Source of the DNA: Guillardia theta CCMP2712
Lineage: Eukaryota > Protista > Cryptophyta
Direction: 5' to 3'
Length of the DNA stretch: 64,000 nucleotides
Assembly (NCBI RefSeq): GCF_000315625.1
Contig: NW_005434595.1
Location: 297,826-361,825, forward strand
Under the pieces are notes generated by a model that searched no databases, had not been told where the DNA came from, and saw only the letters and a list, made by a program, of their open reading frames with translations. The translations under genes were made by a program, and so were the position numbers. The stretch's first letter is position 1; every line of letters begins with the position of its first letter. Positions 24,204-36,200 of the stretch are shown here, one piece after another.

Positions 24204-25765
24204 CTATGCATACTCCACTTCCTCCGATTCTTCGTGCCAGGATTCCACTTCTTCTTCCCGTGCAGCAAGGGTTTCGTCGTCGTCTGAAAGTTTTATCCCA
24301 CCCTTCTCTTCACTATTACAGAGGTCAGAAATAATTTCCAAATGCTCATGGCAAACCTTTTACTTCCGGCTGCATAGCGAGCTTGAGCTTTAGCAACGGC
24401 AGCAGCAAGAGTGTCTTCTTTGAAAGAAGTGGCACTGTCATGATTAGACCCAGCAAGCTCGATTTTCTCTTCTGCACGCAACAAATGATTTAGACAGAAC
24501 CTAATCATTGATAGTCATCGTATTACCAGTAGTTAGCCGTGAGCGGCCTGCATTAGCCGATGGCACCTTGCTGGTCGTAGATGGCGTCGGTATTGTTTGC
24601 GGCTTGGGTGCTTGCTTTGCTGCCATGGTTTGCTGGATTGGCTTTGGAGGGACAGCTGGCTGTTGGGCTTCCTTGAAGATGGGCAGGTTCTGGGGCAGAG
24701 TGCCCCGAATAGTGGCCGCATGCAACATAGCCTGTGTTTCCACGTTGCTTTCTTTGGAGTTGGCAAGATTCAAGGGCTTGAGATTCTTAGAGTCGATCGC
24801 GTGCACGTCAGCCTTCATAACCAGCAGCACCTGCACACATTCAAACTGTCCACGACGAGCCGCCCAATGAAGAGGAGTTCGTTGCATCTGATCTCGAGCC
24901 TGTCAAAAGTCGCATTAGCAAATCGCAAGTGCACCAGGCTTCACGCCCAGATTCTCAATCGTCCTCACCTCCTTATTCGCCCCTAATTCACACAGCTTGT
25001 AGACTACCTCCGCATGCCCTTTGTAGCAAGCCCAATGCATTGGGCTTCGACCACCTTTTCATGAGATTAGCTGAATCATCCATGGGCTGCAGTTCTACTC
25101 ACTGTTGTTGGGCCATGGATTCTTGTCAGGATGGTTGAGGTCAGATCCCAGCTGAGCCAAGACAGCAACAGCATTTGCGTGGCCCTTTCTCGCTGCATGG
25201 TGCAAAGGTGTCCTCGCCAGGAAGTCTACTGCAGTCAGATCTGCTCCTAGCTCAACCAGCCTTGAGATTGCATTGATGTGCCCTTCTCTGGCTGCATAAT
25301 GAAGAGGGGTCCTCTTCCACATGTCCTGGTTAGCACTAGAGTTACATGCATGTCATTGTGGCCTTCGCAAGAAGGATAAAAGCAGGCATAGCTAGAAGAT
25401 TCACGCTCTTATGTTCACAAAATGGTGCTCACGAACTGACATCCACAAGAGAATGTCAAGCCTTTTACCTGATAGTTGACGGGCGCTCCAGACTGCACTA
25501 ACAGGTTAATTCCAGCTGGGTCCAACCCTTCAACATTATTCTCTGTCGCCGCTTTGATCAGCTCTTCGCCGGCTTGCTCCTCGGTTATGGCTTCTCCGTC
25601 TACACCCAGGGCATTCCCTCCTCCACGGAGTCGCATCAGGATTTCGTTCCCTCTTACTGCCGTAATGCATGGGGCACATGTTCTCGCTCTTGCCCCATCC
25701 ACGCATCCTCCCAGGGTAATGAGGAGCATGCATCCGCTCGAGAAGAGGAGGTATGTGAAGGGCAT
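24204..25765 (-). CDS. Ankyrin-repeat protein with signal peptide and RLRGG motif
   Basis: ATG 25765 MPFTYLLFSSGCMLLITLGGC; intron 25326-25468; ANK repeats KRTPLHYAA, RTPLHHAA, QRTPLHWAA; acidic last exon ending EEVEYA* (TAG 24204-24206). Confidence 0.75.
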
Positions 25766-26382
25766 AGTTCTTGTCCCCCGCTGCACTCGAAACTCACCTT
25801 TTCCTCCCCACTCCTCCTTGCCCGCATGCCTCATCGCTCCCATGGCCGCCGCAGTCCTTTTAACAGGAGGGGGGGTGGGGTGTCCGAGGGACCTGGAGGG
25901 GGTGGGACAGTAGTCTACCGAAAACTTGGAGTACGGGTGAATATGAGCAAAGGGTAACGGGTGGGGGTCCTCCCAGACACCCCATCTCCAGGGCCCGCAT
26001 GCATGTTCCCTCATCCCCGCGCAATCACCGGAATGAGGTCCGGGCGCAGTCCGGGCGCTGGTCCGGTCGCTGGTCCGGGCAGGCCCGGGTCAAGGCCCGG
26101 GTCAACGTGCTTGACGATGGCAGACCCGCCCCGGGACAGGATATGAGCCGGTGTTCACAAATAAAAACTTTTCTGACTAGGCCAGGGTGTCCTGAAACTA
26201 AAATGTGAATTTTAGAGATTGTAGCACTACTGGTAAGTAATTGGACTTGAATGTAGAGCTATGGGATCTAAGTAGGATTCGAAGTAGGTTCAATACTTTT
26301 CCTTTAGTTTTTTGTCAATTTTATTGTTTCACAATATTTCAAACCACAAACTTCCATGGCAGGGCCATTGCACCATACGTCA

Positions 26383-26700
26383 TCACTGTACTGCATCACT
26401 CTACTTGTACTGAATGAAGTGATTACTGTACAATCAACATCTCTACTTCTGTCTAATGTATCAACCATCATTTCTACTTGTGCTCTACTGAAGTATACCT
26501 ATCACTGCTGAAGTATAACTATCACCCTACTGCATCACTACTCTACTGGTACTCTACTGAAGTATACCTATCACTACTGAAGTATAACTATCACCCTACT
26601 GCATCACTACTCTACTGAGTGCATCACTCTACTTGTACTCTACTGAAGTATACCGTATACCTATCAGCATTCACTCCACTGCATCCGACTCTGAAGTATA
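26383..26700. repeat. Degenerate tandem repeat, two 69-bp units (from 26483 and 26552) built of CTACTGAAGTATA and TGCATCACT submotifs
   Basis: Read directly; lies downstream of the YR stop codon. Confidence 0.85.
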
Positions 26701-26903
26701 TCTCCTGTTTAGTGTACTCTAGGAGGTGATCACAGTACAGTCACCATCTCCTAGTCTTCGTCATTCTACTTGTCATTCAACGGTTCTCGTCTGATTCTGA
26801 CTTGCCCATATCTTCCAGTCACTTTATTACACTCAGTGATATGGTTATCGTGATTGATTGGAAATTAACAAGTCATTGAATTTATACTCAGCTACGATTC
26901 AAC

Positions 26904-29470
26904 TCACTCTCCTCTCTCTCTCAGTTTCTTCACTAACGTGTTCCACTTCAATTGCCCTTTCCGCCTGGATCTTCCTGCGTTTAACCACGCAAAGAATGAA
27001 TCCTGGTACATCACGAATATCTCCCGACATTCAGTCAAGCGGATGTCCACAGGTCCCCCTCCTCTTTGCAAGTTTTCCAACCGTCTCTGCACTTCTTCCC
27101 GTGTGTCTTGGTCTTGATTGGCTAGGATCCTTCTTACATGCTGCTCGAAACATTTCACCAGGTATTTCACATCTGAAAGACGTTTCTTGCAGTTCTTCGT
27201 GTGCAACACTGACGGGTCAACAGAGCGTAACATGGGTATCTTCTTCGTTCCATTTCCGCAGAACCACAAGTTCCATGCCTGCATCATGCTCCCAAGTTCA
27301 TCCGGCAGGAAAACATTGGTGGGAAAAGAATCACTTCTTCCTGTCTCTGACCCTGCTCCATTGATGTCGGAGATGTTTTCGTCAGATGATTGTTGTCCTG
27401 GTCGCCTCATGCCCCCAACACGCTCTACTGCAGCTTCAGCTTCAAGGTTCGTGACTTGGCTGGTCCTTGTAGAATTGTCTCGAAACTCTCCCTCGCGTAG
27501 CACCTCTCGAAGGCACTCTTTGATAAACTCCTTGTGCATTGATGTATTCCCGTGGACTACTTGCATGTTATTCTGACCTGCTGCAATCCTGTCTGCGTAC
27601 TCTCTGAAATGAATCATATCGGCCTGTATTTTAGCCAAAGACGTCAAAACTTTCTCATTGTGAATATACTGGTGAACATGAGGAGGTATGCCCGTGCCTT
27701 CAATCCTCCCCCTTGCTTCTTGCGGCATACAGCACACCACTTTTGGCTTCAACATGGGCACCATCCCTTCATCTTGAAAAAGTGTTGATTGCCATAACGG
27801 GTGACTCGGCTCCAGGTTACGTTTCAGAAAATCCAAATGATATACCACCGATGCCAGCACATATTCTGCGACTCCCTTCATGCATGCTGGCAGAGTGGGA
27901 AACAATTGATCGATTGCCTTTGTCAGATTCTCATCCCTGTCGACAAAGTGCGGAGGCAAAATAGCAAATTCTGCCTGGTCTATCGGTAGCCCCGCAACTG
28001 TCCGCCCTGTCATACTTCGTGAGCCCATGAAAAGCCTGAAAGATATCTGATGAGCTTACCTACAAAACAATCCCCTGCTGCTTCATATCTTAGATAAGTC
28101 TGAAAGATAGGGCCATTGGCCCATCCTGCTCGCTCTGAAAGTGACGCACTTGAGGGACAGTGCGTGCTTCCAGATGCACAAAATGTCGCAGACCCCTTTC
28201 GTATCGAGTGACTGCCTATGTCTTCCGGTTGCAGACCTAGGGATAATAAATGGGTCGTCACTGCCCTTTGAACTGTATCCATCTGATCATGAATTTCTGC
28301 CTCATCAACATCCATGTCATCGGTTGCCTCGCCTCTGTTGTTGGGCGGCTTCATAATTTGCCCAAGGACTTGCATGAATCGTTTGTATTGTGATCGGCCT
28401 GGGAACAAGCATAGATCGTCTGGAACATAGCACAAGAAGTAGATTCCAAGGGCCAGAATAGGGCAAATCTCCGGGCTGATGGGGTTTGCATATATTCTCC
28501 TGGGATCTCGCGGTCTATCTCCACTCTGATCAGTCTTGCTATGTGCAAAATATATTTGAAGATGGTCTTCATTCCAACACATATGATTGAATTGTATGGA
28601 TTCTGCATTCCCAGCACGACACATAAGATTCCAGCAAATGATCAAGAACGTGCGTGCAAAGATGTAAACCCTCTTCTTGCAAAATAACATGTTCTTGCTG
28701 AACAAGCGATACGTTGACATACTCATAGGCTCTTTCCCACTCGTTATTTTGAGTACTCCAGTCGAATCCGCAAGATTGCAATCACGCTTCAGTCCAATGT
28801 AATATTCCTGTACCTCGTTCTTGAACTGTGATGGGACGTCATGTTGAAAGTCTCTGAATAGGCTGTTCAATGCCGATCGATGGTTGCTGTACGTTGCAAA
28901 ACCATTGTCGGTGGTACCTCTAATATGTGTAATCCACAGAAGAAAGTCATCCGCAGTCAAGCGGTCGAAGTGCAGAGGATAAACTCTCTCTGTACTGCCT
29001 GTGAAAAAAACAAAGGTCATTCATTACTTGCGAACAATGAAACCCTCCTAACCTGTCCACTCAACCGAATTTTCCAGAAGGACTTCTCTGATACGTTTTC
29101 TGGAAGGCAACGGTGGATCCCCTTCCATTTCCATTTGAATCTTTTCCTTGAATTCATCAGTCAAAACAGCTTGCATATTTTGGTACAGGAATTGCAAAAA
29201 ACGAACAATGCTAGATGTATATGCAGCTCTTGAATTCTGTGAAACTCTGCTAGCTCGAATTGCTGACATATTTTGTCGTACAGCAGCCAGATCAAATGGA
29301 TGCGCTACTCCATCAGACCTCCTGTTGTTTCTTCGACCACCGACTTGACCTCGTCGACCTTGATCGGCGATATTCTGCTCAATCACAACAGCTGGTTGAA
29401 GTTCTTGTCTTGCATCATTATTCTGCATATCATTGGGAGAATCAGATTCTTCAGGAGACATGCTGTTCAT
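26904..29470 (-). CDS. Crypton tyrosine recombinase, 819 aa after splicing
   Basis: Exons 29470-29053, 28998-28060 and 28006-26904; GT-AG introns 28999-29052 and 28007-28059; total 2460 nt in frame. Catalytic R (CWNLMCR), K (HSKTDQ), HxxR (GSHSIRKG), W (RAGW), Y (QTYLRYEAAGDCFVG|RTVAGLP). Confidence 0.9.
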
Positions 29471-30249
29471 CACAAGGCTGTCCGTGCAGCCTACACAAGA
29501 GAGTTTGTGGAGGCCACAGTTTATGGCTCGGCTATTGCCTATAAGAATCCTCCCATCCTCCTGAAATAACCCCTCCTAAATTCAAGATTACTCTTACTCA
29601 TGGGGGTAGGTACCCACAGTAACTCCATCCTCCGAATAGAACAACAATTTGCTCAAAATAGCAAACGTGTAATTGTTTGTCATATTCAAAAACAATTCAC
29701 TGTATGATCAAATAAGAACCAATGATTTCATCACATGGCTCCAATTATCTGAATATACTTGTAAGATATACCAGTATGTAGGATTTGAGATATGGTCGAT
29801 CTGAGGCAGACTCGGAAAATGGGTAGGATAAGATCCTTCGCTCGTCCTCCGAAACTACTATATGTTTTGTACAAACATTATTATAAAGTATCCATGGATG
29901 GAGGACATGCTGGTACCTCGATCAGTACGTTCAAACGCTACCATGGTACCTTTGTATAGATTCAATGCCGCTAAACTTGATCTTGGTATTTTTATATATC
30001 TTGATCGTTTGTACTGTATTCCTTTGGCTACTTGTATAAATTCTGGTAATGATCAACTTTTAATAAATAAAATTTAGAGCTGCAACAATAGGACCCCCCG
30101 TCGTGGTACCCCCCAGGCACACTCATCATACCCCCTACAATCCCAGAGTGGTCTGTAGACAAAAACTAATGTGCCCGAACCCCGACCACCCCACCCCCAC
30201 GTTTTATATCGTTCACATTCGTACCTCCTGCAGGGATCGGCGACAGCAA

Positions 30250-31680
<1,431 letters not shown>

Positions 31681-31868
31681 TGGAGTTGTTAGTGTTTGCT
31701 TCCATTACTGTGGTAAAAATCGAATATGTCTGATGCGAAAGCAAGTGATAGAATCGAGTAGTTAGGGACTCTTTATGAATGGGAGAGTTTATCAGACTAG
31801 AAACTTAGATTCTGCTCCGATTCAGAATCTACAACGATGCGCTTGATGCTAGTTTTGATTGAATACAA

Positions 31869-32684
31869 TCACATTCGTTTTCGCTGAATCTGTTTCTCTG
31901 CAACTTTTGCCCTCGCACTGCTGATTATTTCAGCGGCTCGCAACTTCGCCGCTTCGATTCGAACTTTGTTTTGCATTCTGATACGTGCGGCTTGCATTTG
32001 AACGGCTTCAAAGAGAGAATTTGACTTCCGGTAAGCGTCATCCCAATTCACATCTTCTCTAGTAGTCCTTCCCGGACAAAAATACGTCACATGCTCTTTG
32101 AAATATTTCATTCCAAATTCACCCTGGCAATTCGGGCATTGGTACACACCCTTTGACACTTCTTCTGCTTCAATGACTCTTGTATCTACTTGAGCCGATC
32201 TAGGCAATTGTCCCTTGCAGATTTTCATATGTCGAGAGCAATGGTATCGTTTCGAGAAAGATCTTTGACAGTGGGGGCAAACTTTCTTACTTTTCGACTG
32301 AATTTGGTTCACCTTAGACTTTTTCCTCGAATCCAACAGTTCTCCAATCTCATATAGACATTTTTTTCTTCTTTCACATAATTCGCCATTTCGGAAAAGA
32401 TTGATTTGTCCATGCAGCCAACCCCTCAGGCGAGAGTCTGAAATGGTCACCACCGAATTGGAAGGAACTGATCGTACCATTTTCTTAAGCTTATCACAAT
32501 TTTTTATGAATTCAATCAAATCTCTGTGCTCATGTTGAGACGATTGGGCATCAGCGCTCTGAGGATGCTTTCCCAACAGACAGCTGAGGTAAGTGGGAAA
32601 CCTCTGTGAGTTCATGTTTGCTGGCGCACAAGAATATATTGGGATATTACAAACTCTGCATCCTCTCGTCGCTACACTTGTCAA
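31869..32684 (-). CDS. Putative DNA-binding protein: helicase-associated (HA)-like motif plus two C2HC zinc fingers
   Basis: SRLRGWLHGQINLFRNGELCERRKKCLYEIG; CPHCQRSFSKRYHCSRHMKIC; YQCPNCQGEFGMKYFKEHVTYFC. First ATG at 32615. Confidence 0.55.
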   Translation of the reverse strand: MTSVATRGCRVCNIPIYSCAPANMNSQRFPTYLSCLLGKHPQSADAQSSQHEHRDLIEFIKNCDKLKKMVRSVPSNSVVTISDSRLRGWLHGQINLFRNGELCERRKKCLYEIGELLDSRKKSKVNQIQSKSKKVCPHCQRSFSKRYHCSRHMKICKGQLPRSAQVDTRVIEAEEVSKGVYQCPNCQGEFGMKYFKEHVTYFCPGRTTREDVNWDDAYRKSNSLFEAVQMQAARIRMQNKVRIEAAKLRAAEIISSARAKVAEKQIQRKRM

Positions 32685-33201
32685 TGAAACCAGAGGAAAT
32701 CAAGTTGCAGTACTCTATCCATGTCTCATCTACTCATCTCAGCTCTCACTGGTTCTTCGCTCTTCCCCCTGCCCTTCGTTCCTTCCGAAGTTCCCGCTTT
32801 CACCGAAGGCAGCAAAGTAACAACTACCCTCAAGCGACGCTGCCTCACTGGAGTCTGCGCCCTAGCTCAGCAGTGACGGTGTTTGCCGGTAGCCCGGCCT
32901 CACCCGGGCCCCGGGGGGGGGGGGGAAGGGGAGTTGGCGGGCCGCTCAGAGTCAGTCACTGACTGTGAATGATAGAAGTTTGAGTAAAGAATAAGGATAG
33001 AAGTTTTGTTCCGTATCGGCATATCAATTTATGTATCATGATGGAGTAAAACTTGAAATACCAAACAAGAAAATGATTTGAACAGGTCAGAGAACTTTCA
33101 GCTCCTTGTTGTTGTTACTAAAGGGAAAGAGCAAAGATTTCTGCCTTTCGAGTCAGAATTGCTCATAATGCGTCCGTCTCGCACCATGTGAAGATCGAAA
33201 C

Positions 33202-36200
33202 CTACTCTTTGCACCGTCTTACATGATCAGCGATCTTCGATTTGAGTGCATCAACGAAGAAATTGCAGACACGCCCATCTGTAATGGCCACTCCTGGTCC
33301 GTTGAACCAGTTGTCGATGCTATCCAGCTCTTGCACTGTAAAGAGGCTTGCCTCCTCAGCGGTCTGTTGGCTTTCCGATGCCAAACCTCCCACGTGCAGC
33401 CTGATATCTTTGTTGGTCAGCATCATGAAATGTTCTAGATCAGACTTTTTCCGAGCGGCAGCTTCCTCGCCCTGTAGCTCCAGGCGTCCGAGGGAAGGAT
33501 AGACACTGACGTCCCACTCGGTTCTTGCGGGGCCAGGGCCAAGCTCATCTTCATCTCGCTGCCATCTTGCTGATGCGATTTCTCGAGAAAACTCATGCGC
33601 CCAACTCTTGTTGACCTCGACACAAAAAACGTAGCAGTCCTTGGAGCTTTGCTCGTCCTCCTCTGTCGATGGACTCAAGGCACATAGCAGTGAGACGGTG
33701 TCTTGCTGGGCTCCATCGGACGTCCTGTACCACTGGAGAAGGACGAGCCCAGCTTCAGGCACTTGCACCTGCATGAGCTCATCCTCTTCAATGGGAGCAC
33801 AAGTATCGGCATATGGAGTAAAGGATTTGATCAGAAACTGGTGGATCTTAGATATGCGCAATCCAGTATGATCAGTATCGAAGAGATAAAATCTCTGCTC
33901 TTTCAATTGTGAGAGAAGAGAGTAAATCATGCCACGGAGCTGACGTTGTTCGAGCTGCTCATTCTCATAAGACCAATAACTTTGAGATCTCTTCCTCTCA
34001 TCCAAACTCTCTTCAAGCTCTCTTACAAGGAAGTCAGGAGGGTCCTCTCCGCTGCCTTGAGAATCCTTCAGGAGCTTTTGCAGAGATTGCACCCTCGTAG
34101 AGAATTCACAAGCGAGTTTCAAAAGGCGGATCGATCGGTGCAGATTCATAGGCTGGTCTCTGGATTCGAACCGAGTCCCATTCAAGGTTGCAGCTTCCAA
34201 CAGAATACTTCGAATGGAGTCGAAGTCGAAAGCGTCTCTCGAGGCATAACGCAAAGCAGCCTTCAAATCAGAGACGATGGCTTCATACAAGACTCTTTGT
34301 TTGTTTTCATCCTGCTTCTCCTTCTCGGCATCATCAGTCCTGCAGATTCCTCCCCACACGAGAGGAGCAGATTCTAGCGAAGACAGTTGTCGCTTTGCTC
34401 GGGCCCTCGCGAAGTGTAGCTTGCTGATTGTGCGATCGGAAACATAAGATAAGCCGGACATTAGCGTTTCAGCTTCGTTGCATAAGAGCACACTTGTTTC
34501 AAGGTTATTCTTGTCAAGATCAGGTACTTGAATCTCGAGATGAGCACGCAAGACTTTGACCTTTACGAGTTCGAATGCATCTGCGATGTATTTGTTTTTC
34601 ATATCAGCCAAACCAAGAGAGGCGAAGTGTTCATGCATGATGGTTTCAGCCAAGCGAATGGAATGTAGAGCAGCTCGAATATGTCTCAGTTCCTTTTGAA
34701 CATCAGCAAGACTCGCATACAATACAGCCAAACCGAGATCGGTACTTTCAAGTTTAGTTGCCTTGTTGATGATCTCCTCGAGAGTTGCCATGCTCAAGTC
34801 AAGCTTACCCTGATGCAAATCGTGCATGGCTTGATAGGTCATGATATCTCGGAGCACAAGCTGTTCGTTCAGCCTCGCCATCTCCTGTAGGACACGATTG
34901 CTCTCCTGCCGCAAGAACGTCCACCTCGATTGCCTAAGGAGAGCCTGACAGCGCATTGAACGGACTTTCAACCAAATCTTGGGATCGATGCTTTTCTTTA
35001 TAGCAAGACCTTGGATCGGGCCCTTGTCTTCCAGAAGCTTGCATAACTCAGCTGTAATGTCAAGCACAGAGGAGTAAAAACCGCGTTTCATCATGAGGTT
35101 ACACTTGATTAGGTCACACTCTGCAGTGAAGGATAGCGCTTGATTCAAACTTGCATTCATCAAGCCTCCTTCTCCAGTTTGGCTCTGTCTTAAAGCATCC
35201 TCGTCTCCCGAAAGAGGTCCGAAGTACTCCTTGCGCAAATCTTCTAGCAGCCCTTCGGATAAAGTACAGAGTTCCGACACATTCTCATCCTGTTGGGGCC
35301 AAAATGGTTTCACACCGCAGTAGGTAATGATGAGCTCAATCTTGACGAGCTCGAGAATGAACTTCACCCTGTCTGGATAAAGAGATTGCAGCTGCTCAGA
35401 CAGTTTCAGCTCAGAGACCATCCGAATCTCTTTATCGTTCTGCGAGTAAGACTGAGGCTCGTCGACCTTGAAAGCTGATTTCAGAAACGAGGAGGACGAG
35501 TCTCCAACGCTGGAAGCTTGACTGACCGACAAGATGCTGGGCAGCCCCACCCCACGAAACGTATTGACGAGGAGATTTATCGCTTCCGGCATCGCTCCTA
35601 TGTGCACACACGCACGGGCTTTCCACGCGCAAGCATTCGCATAGGACGCTGGATCTTTGATCCTCTCCTTTGCAAGCCACTGGTAGAAGGAGGCGAAAGG
35701 GAGCATCTGCAAATAGAACTTGTACTCGAAGAGGACCTGGCAGCAGAACGAGCTCGCATCCGCTAGAGTCGCCGCATCACACATGGAGGAATCGTTGGCG
35801 AAGGGGTCGGAGGCTGTCAGCTCTCTTGGAGTGTAATCGGCAAAGTCCCTGGCACGAGACGGATGAGGCTGTCCGCATGTGAACGTGAGGGCCACCAAGT
35901 GAGCGGCAAACAGGCTGTACTCGAGTTGGAGGTGGAGATCAAGACGGTAAGTGAGGCTAGAGAGCTTGAAGCATAGCACGGTTGCAAGCAAGATGTTGTT
36001 TAGTCCATACTTCTTGAGGAGGGAAGAGCGTTGGGCTTGAGCTGGAGGGTTTGTGAGCAAAGTGGTTGGGATAAGATCTCTCCACTGACGTCCAACATTC
36101 ATGACAGTGAAGATTGAATCCAAGGCATCATTCCACGCAAGACCTGCTTCTCGATGTCTTCCGCAGAAGTATAAGATCTCACCATATTCCTGCAGAGCGA

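Larger units (their letters stand above)
26150..30085 (-). mobile_element. Crypton-type (CryptonS-like) tyrosine-recombinase DNA transposon; boundaries approximate
   Basis: AT-richer block between a GC island and a C-rich promoter tract. Holds one intron-containing YR gene and 3' tandem repeats; no RT, no DDE transposase, no TIRs seen. Confidence 0.75.

Noticed and set aside
23266-25765. Constitutive ankyrin-methyltransferase fusion
   Set aside because: The last ankyrin exon ends in an in-frame TAG at 24204-24206; kept only as a low-interest alternative.
26383-26700. CRISPR-like array
   Set aside because: Units are tandem and self-similar with no unique spacers; the context is eukaryotic and there are no cas genes.
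26904-29470. DIRS/Ngaro retrotransposon, prophage or bacterial integrase contamination
   Set aside because: No RT/RNase H, gag or phage genes; the gene has spliceosomal introns of host size.
26904-29473. Three separate ORFs or a frameshifted pseudogene
   Set aside because: Two GT-AG introns join them into one in-frame 2460-nt CDS.
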